Shown here: one piece after another, positions 1-12,569 of the stretch | How the letters are laid out: every line of letters starts with the position of its first letter | Numbering within the stretch: position 1 is the first letter of the stretch | Source of the DNA: Guillardia theta CCMP2712 | Lineage: Eukaryota > Protista > Cryptophyta | Length of the DNA stretch: 56,641 nt | Assembly: GCF_000315625.1 (NCBI RefSeq) | Contig: NW_005434546.1 | Span: 45,943-102,583 of the forward strand | Direction of reading: 5' to 3' | The notes under the pieces: model-generated | What the model was told of the DNA's origin: nothing | Databases searched by the model: none | The model's input: only the letters and a program-made list of their open reading frames with translations | Translations under genes and position numbers: made by a program

Positions 1-3000
1 AGGGAGGGAGAGGGGAGGGGGAGAGGGAGGGGGAAGAGGAGGGGGGGGAGGGAAAGGGGGAAGGGAGGAGGGGGAGGAGGAGGGAGGAGGAGGATGGGGA
101 GGGGAAGGTGGAAGGAGGAGGGGTACCAGAATCATCTCATGCCAGACGTCCTTGAAATCTTTGGAGGAGACAAGCTCCATCATCCTCTCGCCCACACTGA
201 AGAACACCTTCTCCACATGCTGCGGGCCAGCACTCGAGCCCTGCGGCTGCTCCTCCTGCTTCTTGTCGCCTTCGGGCAGACACCTTACAATCTCCACCGA
301 CGTGGTGTGGTTGTGAAGGTACTTGTACAAACTTCCATGATCGCTCTGGTATAGAGTCATTGACAGAACAGCAGGTTGTGGTGGGAGTCACCTCCATCGT
401 TGTCATGAGCGACGCGACCTTTCCTGTGTTGTCGTACTCGGCAAAGTAGAGGAGGAGCTGGTAGAACTGCATCAGCTCCGACCTTAGCAAGTCTTGGAAT
501 CCCTTGCCGAACTGCATCGTGTGTATCTGAGGAGCAAGAGAAGATCAGATGACAAAGTCCGGAGGATGATGCGAGGAAGTGAAGAGTAGGAAGTAGATAG
601 GAGGAGACGAGGACATGACGGAAGGAGATGTGATACATGCTTAGAGGAAATGACAACGACCACAAGGATTGTGATCGTCACAACAAACAACCCCAAGGAG
701 CGATACAAACACGCGCAGAGGATCGACCTCACCAGATCTCGTCGAGGAGCCTCCGACCCATCCATGCTCAGACTGTCCTGCACTTCTTTCGAGGTCTCCC
801 TGCTGAGCTTCGACTTGCTCTCCTCCCTCCTGGCCTGCAGCGAGCTGAAGAACTCAGCAGCGCGCGACTGCTTGTCCAGCCCGAGGATCTTCTCGTTGGT
901 GAGCATCTGAGAGGTCAGGTTGCGCACGTCAAAGAACCCCAGCATCTCCCTTGGCATCTCCTCGTTCACAACGGCGTCGAAGAAGGAAAGGCAGCACTTG
1001 AGGCAGGCGAGCTTGAGGAAGCAGCGGTAGTCGTTGATGCTGCAGTCCGTGCTGTTCTCCCCCGACCCCCACGAGTCGGACGTGCGCTGCGAGGAGTCGC
1101 GGACGGGGAGGTAGACGATAGAGGAGAAGATGCGGTTCACGTCAAAGAAGAAGTAGCTGGAAAGAACCTCCTGCTGGTTCTTCACGTTGGGCCCCATGAC
1201 GGCGTCGGTGATAGTCTCCAGCAGCTGCAGGCAGAGAATAAGGAAGCTGGTCGGGTCGTTGTTCTTGGTTGTGTCCCCGACTAGAGGGAGGAGGGCGGAG
1301 AAGAGGTCCAGGCACTGCTTGAGCAGGTTGCAGGACAGCGAGGAGCCACTCTGACGCGTCATCATCTCCTGGAGGGGCTGGTACTGCCCGTAGCACATGA
1401 GCTGGAGGAGGCGGAGGACGAGCATGACCTGACTCTTCCTCCCGATGCCAATCAAGTCTTCCTCGTCCTCGAAGCTCTTCCACACAGACGCGTCCAGGTC
1501 TTGTTCGAGGCGGCTGACCTGCATGGAGGGGGAGTGCTGCGTCCTGCTGCTGTGCTTCGGCTTTCTCTTCCTCTTGTACTCCTTGAGCGAGTTCATGGTA
1601 GACTGCAAGACCTTGCTGACGGCATCGAAGAAGCTAGCATGCTTCGCCGACTTCAGCGCCATGGCCATCGTCTCCTGTACCCTCCTGTTGCCTCCTTGCA
1701 GCAACGTAAGGAGAAGAGACGTTGCCTGCACCTGCACCATGCTGCTGCTGTGCGCCATGAGACGGAGAGCTGCAGCAGTGCAGCCGATGGCGTCGAACTT
1801 GCTCTGGACCCAGGCAAGGGAGGACAGCTCCTGCACCCTCTCCCCTCCCGCGTGCATCGCGAGCTCGTGCTGGATGAACGCGTCCCAGCTACTGGCACAC
1901 GCCTCTGCCGTCCTGTTGGGGTCGCTGGGGTCGTTGACGTAGATGGCTGCGCGGAGGATGCCCAGGAGATCGATCAAGGTCTGCTCCTCCGTGCTAGGGG
2001 CCTTGAGAATAGGGATCATGTCGACAAGGAGGGAGGAGAAGGCAGGGTTCTCGCGCATGGGGAGCTTCCTCTTGATCAGCTTCTCCTGCTCGTACAGAGG
2101 AGCTGGTGCGTCTCTGCAAAGGAGGAGGGGAAGCTCGCAGCCCATCTCAGCAGACTTGAGCTCCTTGGACACTGCCATCCTCATGGCGCGGAAACCATGG
2201 TGGAGGCAGCGGGAGAGGCGGCTGAAGTCGGAGAGGACACGCTCCCTCTGACGAAGGAGCTCAACCTCGGGGAGAAGGAGCTGCAGCTTCCCGTTGGAGA
2301 TCATAACTGAGAGCGTCTCCCACACGAGCTCCACAAACTCCTGCGACGACTCCGAGCGGTCGATCCTCGACAGGTCCCCCAGGTTCAGGTTCAACAGGCG
2401 GTTCAACAGGTCCCCGAGCTGTTCCCCTCGCTCCATGTTCTCCGACTGCGTCCTCTCGGGGACAAGAAAGCTCGGAAGGTTGTAGTACTCGCGGATGGTG
2501 GGGAGGAGGGAGGACTTGAGGTAGTCGTACAGCAGGAGGAGAGAGTTGTCCTCCGCAGAGACCGATCCCCTGCCCGCCTCCATCCTGTCCAGGAAGGCAG
2601 TAACGTCGTCCGTCAGCACATCCATGAGCGTCCTGTCAGGGCAGCAGCTGAAGAGCTCCTGGTCAAAGGACCAGACCCCACAGCCCATCATGCGTATCTC
2701 CTGCCCTCTTGCCGCGTCGGAGTCGTGCTTGATGTAGATCTTGCGGAAGGCGTTGAGGAGCGTCCTCTTCAGGCCCAGGTACAGCTCCTCCTCCCCTACC
2801 CTCCTGTCCTCGAGCTGCACTATCGTGCAGATGATCCACTCGAAGGAGACGAACCTCTCTGCAAACACCTTGGAAGCAGGGTTCTTCCCCTCGCACAGAT
2901 CCGCAAGGAGCTGGATGAATGCTGCATCCCACGCCAGCCGAGGCTTCGTCGACCTCTCCTCCTCCTCCTTCGCTTCCCTGCTCGCCGTCATCGCCCACGC

Positions 3001-6000
3001 CGACCTCTTTGGCATCAGGAAGTGCTGGAGGTGGTCGTTGGACTGGATAATCTTGCGGACATTGTCTTGCAGCTCCTTCACCTCCCGCTGGTGGCAGAGG
3101 ACGAGGCAGGAGATCAGCTGCAGCCACTTGGGCTTGAGGTGGAAGTACTTGAGGATCACGTCCTGAAGAATCACCCGGCACCACTCCCTTCCTACCCGTG
3201 AGATGTTCTTCGCGTTGTCTCGCACAACCTCCACCATGGCGTCCTCCACGTCCAGTCCCTGGATGCCCAGGTGGGAGACGAAGATATCGCCGGTGTAGGC
3301 GAGGATCGACGTCTGCAGCTTCGGGTTCTTGCTGACGAGGAGGGAAAAGAAGCTGTAGATGAGGTTGAACAGGTCGCGCAGCCTCGTATTCTTCATCCTG
3401 TCGAGCGCCCCCAGGTTGTTCGCGGCGATGCGCTCGAAGGGAATGCGGAGGATCTCGATGAGGAGGAGGTGGAGCTGAAAGTCAATCATGATGTTCTGGA
3501 TGGCAAAGAAGCTGTCCCTGCCGTCCGGCTTCTGCAGCATGTCGATCCATGCGGAGATGGTCTTGGAGCAGGACTGGAAGGCGATCATGGAGAAAGAATG
3601 CTTCCTCTCGTTCTTGAGTTCCTCGTCGGTCCTCGACAGGTGCTTGATGTGCATGTGAAAGTCGGCGAGGAGGTCGCGGATCCTCCTGTAGCTCACGGCC
3701 AGGTCGCGGTCGGTGATGAGGTTGGTGCTCTCAATGTGAAGGGCGAATGTTGTCTTCTGCTTGTAGATCCGGATCAGAAACTCGACGGCAGACGTCTTGA
3801 GTGCCACGTTCTTGTACCGCACGAGGTCGAGGAGGATGCACACAATCTTGGGCAGGGCGGCTCCCTCCTCTTCCTCACGCAGGTCGTTGAGATCAGCGAG
3901 GACGGTGTTGCTGTTGTAGATCGTCTCTGCCATCTCCTTCACCTGCTGCTCCCGCCATGGCGGCTCGCGCATCCACAGCAGCGGGTCATGCTCGTAGCGG
4001 GAGAGGTCCAGGATCTGCATGCTACTCGATTTTGAGGCAGAGGCTGAGCGGGAGATCTTGGAGGAGCCGAAGCGCCTGATTCCGTTGAGGAGGCTGATTT
4101 CCATGTTGTCCTCCATGGCGACCGCGTGCTCGTCGGAGTCGAAGAGGACGCGGAGAGCGGAGTCAAGAGAGAGGATGCCAAAGGTGTCACGGAGGATGGC
4201 CTCCCAGTAGATGGCAATCTGAGTGATGGCAGAGTTGAGGCAGCAGTCAAGGAAGGTGTGGAAGAGGAGCAGAATCTTCACGTTCCTCATTGCTATGATC
4301 TCGTTGCATGGCCCCACCTCGAACCTCGCCCCCTCCGTGCTCGACCCCCTCTCGTGCCGCGAGTCCAGCACAGACAGGAGGGCAGGGGAGACGTCCCTGA
4401 GCTGCGCGAAGTCCGGTGTCCTGTCGCCCCTGCTGGGGTTGTAGCTGTGGTAGAAGCCAAAGTCCATCAGGGTTGACAAGGTGGACACGAGCTGGGTAAC
4501 GAACTGGTCCTTGCTGGGGTTCTTGGTGTACGCCCCGCTAGCGTTGGAAACGCAGTCTTTCAGTAGGACGACTAGCAGCCGTTTGAGCTCACAGAACGTC
4601 TCCTGCCCTCCTGCCTCCCTCCCTCCTCCCTCCCCCTGCTCGCCAGGGCCGTTGATCCCAGCCCAGATCCTCGTCCTCATCATCTGATTCATGGAGTGGT
4701 GCGGGTCCTTGTCCACGTAGAGCACGCAGAGCAGGTTGCAGCACCTGCGCTATGCCGTCAGCTGCCACCATCACTCGGATGAAACTCTCCATCCCCGTCT
4801 CACGCCTCCTCCAACACTTGCACAACGTCCACCCCACCACTTTCTCCTCCTCCTCCTCCTTCTCCTCTTCCTCCTCCTCCTCCTCCCTACCGAGTACGTA
4901 AAGAGTAAGGGATGCCTGGATGCTTGATAATGGCTAGCAGGCTGTCGAACTCAAGGCCCTTAGCAGGAGCAAGCGCGAGCACGGCCTTCATCGCGTACTC
5001 GTTTCTGCCCTGCACGAGTAGAGCCAGCAGCTCGAGCATCTGCAGGTGGTAGCAGAACAGGCTGGCTTCCTTGTTGAAGGATCCGTTCTCCCTCCTCTCC
5101 TCGTTCCCCGCAGCCAGCATCGCGTCCTCTCCCAGCCTTGACATGAGCGAGTTCACACAGATGCTCAGCTTCGAGTCGCTGCTGTCCTTGAGAAACAGAG
5201 ATCCCTCCTCCTCCTCCATCACGAAGATAACGTCTGGCGCGTTCTCGACCAGCACGGAGACTAGCCGGTTCTGATTCTCAGGGATCGGAACACCGTCACT
5301 GTGGCAAGTCCTCGCCATCAGCGCCACTGTCCTAGCGCTCCTGGCCCCCCTCAACGAGTCGACCTTCTCCTCGAAGATGCTGTCGTCGTTTAGAATCGCT
5401 GAGAGCTCGCTCGCGTCGCTGTAGATATTGAGGACGAGCGCGTACGCCGTCAGGTCTTCCTTCAGGTGGACCTGCAGCTGGGGAAGGTTCCTCTGGAGCT
5501 CGGCCTTGTTCCCCGGGTTCCCCTGGCAGGCCTTCTCCACAACAGTGTAGCACATCTTGCAGATGAGATGCAGCGAGTGGAAGCGCTTGCGGATCACGTC
5601 AGGCTTCATGTGCAGCCTGTTGAACACGGCCACAACGATGTCGATCAGCTGCTGGAGGACCCCTACATGCCGCAACAGGTCCTGCCTGGCCAGCACGGTC
5701 GCCGGCTTCTTCCGCTCTGCACTGCAGATTTGGAGCAGGTGGGATACCGTGATCTCGAAGAATGGCAGCAAGGATGCGATCGCCGGCCGCAGCCCGTGCT
5801 GGGTGATCACCTGCTCTACCTCCTGCTGGTTCTCCAGCTCAGGGAGGGGGTCAGCGCTGTACAGCAGCCCGAGGAAGAAGTGAAGGAACTCCATGCATCC
5901 TAGCGAGCGATCCACCACGTTGATCTCCTCCTCCTCCACGAGCCTCAGCTCCAGGATGTCGGAGTCGTCCAGCACCTGCCCGCTCCTCAGGGACACTTCC

Positions 6001-7760
6001 TTGTTGCTGCTCGGCTTGTAGCTCTTGGAGTCCAGCGAGGCATCGTGCTCGTCCACGGAGCGATCGGGGGGCGAGGCCTTTCCCAGGTGTGACATCATGA
6101 AATCAAGGCTCGGCAGCTTCTTCGGCTCCCTCCTCTTGATGCCCAGCCATCGCTCTAGCAAATGAGTTACGGAGCATGCAAACATGTTACCCTCAGCTCA
6201 GTCCCCACCCCTTTTCTGCTCTCCTCTCCCCTCCCCTCCTCTCCTCTCCTCTCCTCTCCCCCCCGCTCCCCTCTTCACCTGGCTGGTCCTTGGTCTTTGA
6301 TTTCTTGATCCAAACCCCGTCCCCATTGCTCAGCAGGGAGCTGCTGGAGTCGGTGGGCGAGGAGGACGCGATCAGCCAGGCAGCGCTAGACGACCTGAAG
6401 TCGTCGGAAAGGCAGAGGGTGGCGCCCGAGAAGGAGAGGTACTTCCCGCTGACCACGTGCTGGATCAGCAGATTGCTATGGCTATTGACTCTGAGGGTTT
6501 CCCCGCACTTGTCAACAGCCACAGGCTTCAGCCTCCAGTAGGCGAACTCGTTGACTGCGTAGCTCTCAGTGTGGTTCGATGCTTCCGGGCTCGCCATCCA
6601 CATCACAACCCCTCGGATGGGATCCGCGTACAGCACGGTGTCGTCTCGGTTCCTGCGGAACGTGACGATGTCGAGGCCGTACACGTTCTCGATCTCTTGG
6701 TCGCAATCCTCGTCGTTGTCGTTGCGCTCCATCAACTTCTGGTTGTTCGAGCTCCAGGTTCGGAACAGCCTTACCTGGAACTTGTGGATGTCTGTAGAGG
6801 CGTTTACCTCGTGATACGCCACAGACGTCGAGTGCAGCCTTCGCATAATCGGCTCGATGTATTGAAACGTAGTCAAAGGCTGCACTTTGTCGTACAGGTG
6901 GGCCGGCGACCTGAAGTTCCCCGGCCCATCCCCCGCCGACCCTCCAGACCCTATCGAGCCCATGTCGGAGATTCTTCGCTGATCCTGATCCGAGCTCACA
7001 GACAGGAAGGTATTCGAGAACTTGACGCTCCCGAGTTGCAACTGGTCGCCGTACCGCACATAGTCTCCGTCCGACCTTGCCCGCCCTGTTGGAATGATCT
7101 TCAGCCAGGACCCCTTATTCCCTTCCTCGCTCAAGGAGACATCCAGGGCAAGCCTGTTTACTTTGGCTCTGGTCTTGGACTGTGTGAGAAACTTCCCGCT
7201 CTTGCAATGGCGTAGTTGGATCACGTTGCCGTAAGAAACAGGGTGCCCTGCAGTTCTCCTGGACTCTAGCTCGTTGGTAGCCTGCTCGTCTTGATACGCT
7301 TTGATGTGATGACTGAGCTCCTTGTACAGAGAGTCTTCTGGGCTCAGATTCTCCCGCCAACTCTCCAACCGCGCGATCCTCTCGCTCCAGTTCTTCATGT
7401 CTTGAAGGGGTATGTGTATCTTACGGACAAACTCCTCGATGGCTCGCAGTGCTGCATACTGCAGATCATCGCGTGAGCAGAACACCTGAACAATATAGAC
7501 AAGAGACCTGAAAACGAGGGACAACGACAAAAGCTGCACTGTGGATCGTGTGCGGGCTGAAAGAAGCGCTGAACTCAACCTGCTCTTCGACATAGAGGTT
7601 TGATGTGATTACGTCGTCCCCTGCAATGAAACCTCCTGGAAAGCCATGTTTCAATGCGACATGCTCGTGCATGCATCGTGTTAAATCAATTCATACCCGT
7701 CTCAAGGTCTGCGAGAATGACGACGTCGCCCACCCTCAATACGTTTTGTACCTCCGTCAT
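1..7760 (-). CDS. ITPR: IP3 receptor / ryanodine receptor superfamily Ca2+-release channel, multi-exon; runs off the left edge, pore domain not in window
   Basis: The spliced N-terminus MTEVQNVLRVGDVVIL..GFIAG..AAFVVVPRFQ|YAAL matches the IP3R suppressor domain. MIR-type motifs GHPVSYGNVIQLRHCKSGKFL and GNKGSWLKIIP..RSDGDYVRYGDQLQL; RIH motif ARQDLLRHVGVLQQL; RIH-associated motif VLRLLQLMCYGQYQPLQEMM..LLETITDAVMGPNVKNQ. ORFs 6193-7593, 4887-6185 and 484-4725 are collinear, separated by low-complexity introns. Confidence 0.9.
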
Positions 7761-8689
7761 CCGACCACCCTAGATGTGGCTGGAATGCACCGCATTTCTT
7801 GAAGGAGGCATCCTAAGATAACATCAGTTGAGCTCAGTTGCATTCTCTGAAGTCGGGTTAAGGGTACAGAGGCGCTTTCCTTCCTCAAGCTGCGTGCAAC
7901 ACAGGAGCTAGCAACTTTGACAGCAAATACATTGTTCTCGTCGCATCCCTTCCACTCCTCTCGATCAGACAAGTCAGTATCTGCACATGTAGGAATTTCT
8001 TCAACACGCTATACTCTTGCTCTTGCCCTTGTCACTATCCTCCCGCTCTGCTCCTCCTCCTCCTGGCCCCATCCTCCTCCCCGACGCTGCTGCATTTGCG
8101 CAAGGAACTCTCACGATGATTTCCCTGCTTCCCCCCCTCACATTTGTACCTTATATATTTACTCAATAATTATTCTCCCAAATAGTTTTACTTACTATAG
8201 TAACGTGACTTGTAACCCTATTCCCCCATTGTGTGGCCACCCACCCATGAAGTGCTTTTATTCCACCACCTCCCCAAGTAATCCCCCATTCAACTACCCC
8301 CACCCTATCATTTTGCTGATAGCCCATGTTTGTACGATGATCGCAGTTTTAGATTAATGGAAGACTTAAGAAATGATCTATGATACCACTGTCTACCGAT
8401 TAATCCAGCATATCACCCCTTCTTATTCACCCTCTACCCAGCACATTTAAGTCGCTACCCTGTAAATTTACACCCCTACCTCCCTAGTGTTGAACTACGT
8501 GCTCCATCGAACCTAGACTTGAAAGCCGGACCCCTCCGATTCAACAACCCACCCCCGGACAATCTCGGATCCAATTACCCCACCTTAAACACGACCATCC
8601 TTTCAGTGGGTCCTTTAGCTATCAGGTAGTAGGGGTGATCACCCCTACACCTTTTAAGTGTGAATTGAGTACCCACCATACTGTGAACA

Positions 8690-9360
8690 GACGGTCGGAC
8701 TCACGAACCGGCTTGAACTTTGTCACTGGCGGGCAGCAGCGGCCGCCGCCGCCCGGCGGGCCGGCGGGGTGATCCGATCGGATCCGAGACCGTACTACCG
8801 TCCGGTAGTACGGCACCGTCCGGCGCTCAGCTCTACTGGCAGTGACTACGGTGACAACCGTCCGCCGGAGCCTCCGGCGCGGGCCCCGGGGGGCGGCCCG
8901 GGTACGGTCCGACCGTGGACCGTCCGGTGACTCTCCCGAGGCTCTGAGTCTGCCAGTGTCGGACACGCCGACGGTCACCGGGTACGGTCGGAGCCGCACT
9001 GGCCCAGCCCCCCCCGGCGTCGGAGTCTCAATGAGCTGCTGACTCGTTGGCACTGCGGCTGAGCGTCACCGCGGCACTCCGACTCCTTACTCAGTGACTG
9101 AGTCCGATATGATCAGCCGCGCCTCAGCCTGGGCCTAACGCCGGGGCCCGGGCCCGGGAGTACTACGAGTCACCCCCGGGGTGCAGTGCGCAGTGCGCGG
9201 CGGCCGCGCCTGGGCCCTGAGGGCCGGGACTCCCGGATCATCCCGATTATCCGCTGAGTCGGATCATGACAGTGATGCCGCCGCGGCCGGGCGCCGGCCC
9301 GGCCCGGCCGGCCCGGGACTCTATTGACGATACCGTTCAAGGCTGCCATACGGCCTTCAA
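8690..9360. other. GC-rich micro-palindrome island upstream of ITPR
   Basis: Dense CCGG, GGCC, CCCGGG, GATC, GTAC and GACTC words. Examples: GATCCGATCGGATC at 8771-8784 and CGTACTACCG-TC-CGGTAGTACG at 8791-8812. Confidence 0.8.
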
Positions 9361-9460
9361 CGGTTGAATCACTGTCCCACGGTGATCACATGATTGCGAC
9401 TCTGTCCGGCACTATGATTCAACAAGGCCTTATGGCAGCCTTGAAGTATCGATAGAGTCC
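9316..9460. repeat. Imperfect inverted repeat with arms of about 45-55 bp (possible MITE or hairpin relic)
   Basis: 9316-9370 equals the reverse complement of 9416-9460 except for three small indels and one substitution. Confidence 0.85.
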
Positions 9461-9557
9461 TTAAAGTTACATTATCAAAGTCGTCACACACTCAAGCCCA
9501 TCTTTACCTCTTCAAAGATGCCTATGATATCCCACAACCTCAGCCGAGCGTGCAGCC

Positions 9558-10821
9558 TCAGCTTCCGTCAAAGGTGAGGGTATAGGGACAGTCGTCTTCC
9601 ATCTCGTCCGGTCTTGACACCGACCACTCGATGTACCCTCGTGATAGACCTTCAGAGGCCTCTCGGTCGCTTAGCTCCCTGTTGTAGGGCCATTGGCGGA
9701 AGGCAGAGTCAGGTGGCGGCGGCGCTCAAACGATGGCACTGGCCACTAGTGACTGTTTGCAACTTTCACTAGTTTACGAAGGAGATCGGAACCGATGATA
9801 GGAGGAAGAATAATAGGCTTTGGCACTAGGAGTCTTGGGAGGTGGTAGAACGAGGCCGCCGCGGCACACGCCACTGATCAGGGCTCAGCTCAAAATCTTG
9901 AGCTTGATCGTGTCGATGTTGACAGAGGTGACAGCCGAGCCCATGGCCTTACACTCAGCTCGGAGCCTGCAGAGAGGTCAACACCATCATCCAGCCTAGT
10001 TTGCTCCAGCACTCACTTTGCGGAGAATCGTTTTGGGTTTGACTTGAGGTTGTCGAAGCGGAGTGCAAGCTCCATCGGCAACTTGCGCTTATCCTCGGGC
10101 CCGGGCTCAATGGCGATCACCTTTCAAGTCCCATCAGAGACTCTCATCTCACAGAACTTCACGCACATCCTTCTGGTCGGAATTTGGGATGCTCCTCAGG
10201 AAAAAGCACATCCCCGGCGAGTTCAGAGGAAGATTTCCTTTCCATCTGCCATGGCCTCAGTCTCCCTTACATTCTCTCCCACCTCCTCTCACTTGGTCAC
10301 GCCTTGAACGTAGATGGCTTCAGAGACGGTCTCGTCGGAGTTGAGCCGGAAGCTCAGACCAACCTTCTCGTTGTACTTGAACCCGCCCTTGTCGACGTTG
10401 ATCTTGACCCCGCACAATGCCGTCCGCCCCACACACGAACAACCTGGTCAGCTCAATCACCACCGAGGGCCGAGGGACAATCGGTAGCACCTTTGTCAGG
10501 AAAAGCATCCATGTTCACCCGCCCCTCTTTTGCCATCTTTTCTCTCTCTTGGTCTCGCCTCCAGTTCTGGTAGTATCCGTGAATGTCTGAAAGGACCGGG
10601 ATATCCTCAATCCTAGGAAAGATCCTTTGCTGCTCCTCAACATACTGCTCTCGCAGGGTGTTCCTTGCTTTCGTGGTGAAATCATACGGTCCTGACATGG
10701 CAAGGCTGTAGCTCCGCCTGCTTGTTCCGGGCGAAGTCTTGGATCCCCATGGAGCCTCTCCGGCTGCACTGACTCCCAACGCCGCCCCAACTATGGCCAG
10801 CGACAGTTTGATGCTGCTCAT
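9558..10821 (-). CDS. Hypothetical multi-exon protein with N-terminal signal peptide
   Basis: MSSIKLSLAIVGAALGVSAAG followed by an S/T/R-rich stretch. Downstream exons (CGVKINVDKGGFKYNEKVGL.., KGNLPLNSPGMCFFL..) are bounded by ~50-bp GT-AG introns. The 3' end is uncertain (about 9888 or about 9558). Confidence 0.55.
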
Positions 10822-11594
10822 AATCCACCTACATTGAGATTTCGAGGGAGTTAGATCAAGGATCACTTGTTATTAGAATACGGCACGTTGAGAGTTTGTT
10901 CCATCTAAGCGGAGCTCAAGTTCCTTCTTCTCATCCTGACTGCTTCGAGCGACTTGTAGCAAGGACGCAAAACTAGCAAATCCTGCACTTTGGGTTGACT
11001 GAAGCTGCAAGAGGCCTACGTTAGGCTGATTTCTTGTACCTATATCAGAAATCGAATACATCATCAACATCAAGATGAATGTGACATCCACTGGTTACAC
11101 TGTCACCCTGGCAGACAACCAGATGAATCATAAACAGCCGGGCCGAGGAACTGAATCACTGCCTCTACATCCCGTGCATGTTGAGAAAGTGCTCAAGTAT
11201 CTAATTCTTCTCATCTATCGTTGGATCTGTCTGTCTAACATCTTTCTCTTCCATAAACTCTTCCCATCTGCCATCGTGCCCGCTTCCCCCTTGCAAGCCA
11301 TGGAGGCCGAACACGAGGATCTTCTAGCGCCCTAGCGACCCCCCACCCCTTCTTGAAATAATTTACCCCTCCTTGTTGTACCCCCTACCCCTAAGATCAG
11401 TACTAAACTCCACATTATTACCGTGCACAATTCTGAGGTACCCCTGTCTTGAGGACCATCACCCTTCTTTCAGATGTTGGTATGTGACTGAAACCTCCAG
11501 GGCCCGCCTCCAGGCCCGCCTCCGCCTACCAGGGCAGTGCAAGCTGGACACGGTACACCCGGACTCCTGATTCTCAGTCTAGTAAATTGAACTT

Positions 11595-12180
11595 TACCGT
11601 ACTGCCGCCGTAACCGTACCGTACGGTATGGGCCGGCGGTCACCTAGGGGTACCGTCCGATCAGGCCCGGCCAGTGCCACCGGCGACCATCGGCCGACCG
11701 TCGGCCCATACCGGGCCCGTGATGACGGCGTACGGTGCCTTCCGGGCCGCCGGGCCCGGGGGCCGGACGGTCCTGGTAGACGGTCTGCCGCGGGCCGCGC
11801 CAAGCCAGCCGGCGGCAGTCCGACGCCGTCACCGACTCCGAACTCAGACTCAGGCCGATGCTCGTCCGCCCGGCCCTGAACTTCAGCTTGCCGCGTGCAG
11901 GGCGTTCAAGTTTTCAGATCATCGGAGGCGGACCGTGTCCGTGACCGCCGGACGGCCGCCGCCGGACGGCCGCCACGGTGATCATGAGTCGGACGGTGCC
12001 GCAGCCTGCACCGCCGGTATGGTCCTTACTACGTAGTTCGGAGGCTCAGTCAGTCACGTGGCAGGCAAGCGGCTGCCCGGCCGCCGGGCGGCCGCCCTAG
12101 GCCCGCCCCCCGGAGGACGCGGATGATGAGAGTCTTGAACGTGACAATAGTTACTAGTCTATAGTTCCGTGCCCGGGTCC
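11595..12180. other. GC-rich micro-palindrome island between divergent genes
   Basis: Same word content as 8690-9360, e.g. TACCGTACGGTA at 11617-11628. Confidence 0.8.
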
Positions 12181-12199
12181 CTGGTCAATCACCTCCGTC

Positions 12200-12511
12200 A
12201 TGCCGCAGTGCTGGCAGCTAGCGGCATGTCATACGGTCGGACGAGCCTCTGCTCGCTGCTAGTCTCGACATCGGACGAGGATGCAAGTTCTGACCCTGGC
12301 AACCGTTGGAAAGGCCGCAGCATGATGCAGGCACATTGAGAGGGACTGCTGGCCCTGCGACAGCTGGCATCAGCGGCATGGGAGGAAGCATGTGCGTGAA
12401 GGAGTATGACGTTTCGCTCAAGTGGCAAGGATTCCTGATCCCCCTGTTCAAGCACTCCAAGACAATAGCGGAGTATGAAGCAAGAGAATGGCAGGGAAAG
12501 GCAAGATGCTC

Positions 12512-12569
<58 letters not shown>

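Noticed and set aside
1-120. G-rich left end and C/T-rich right end as telomeric repeats
   Set aside because: Irregular GA/TC low-complexity tracts like the other intronic ones; no fixed telomere unit.
637-7476. Many plus-strand ORFs of 100-270 aa over the ITPR gene, and similar antisense ORFs over other genes
   Set aside because: Shadow ORFs expected from GC-rich codon usage on the opposite strand; no motifs.
8622-9053. Arg/Pro/Gly-rich ORFs in GC islands (also 11594-12036, 26237-26699, 44282-44610)
   Set aside because: A result of stop-codon scarcity in very GC-rich palindromic sequence; no splice pattern or domain.
9316-9460. tRNA, 5S rRNA or other structured RNA gene
   Set aside because: No cloverleaf, T-loop or rRNA motif. 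It is a simple long hairpin, so it is kept only as an inverted repeat.
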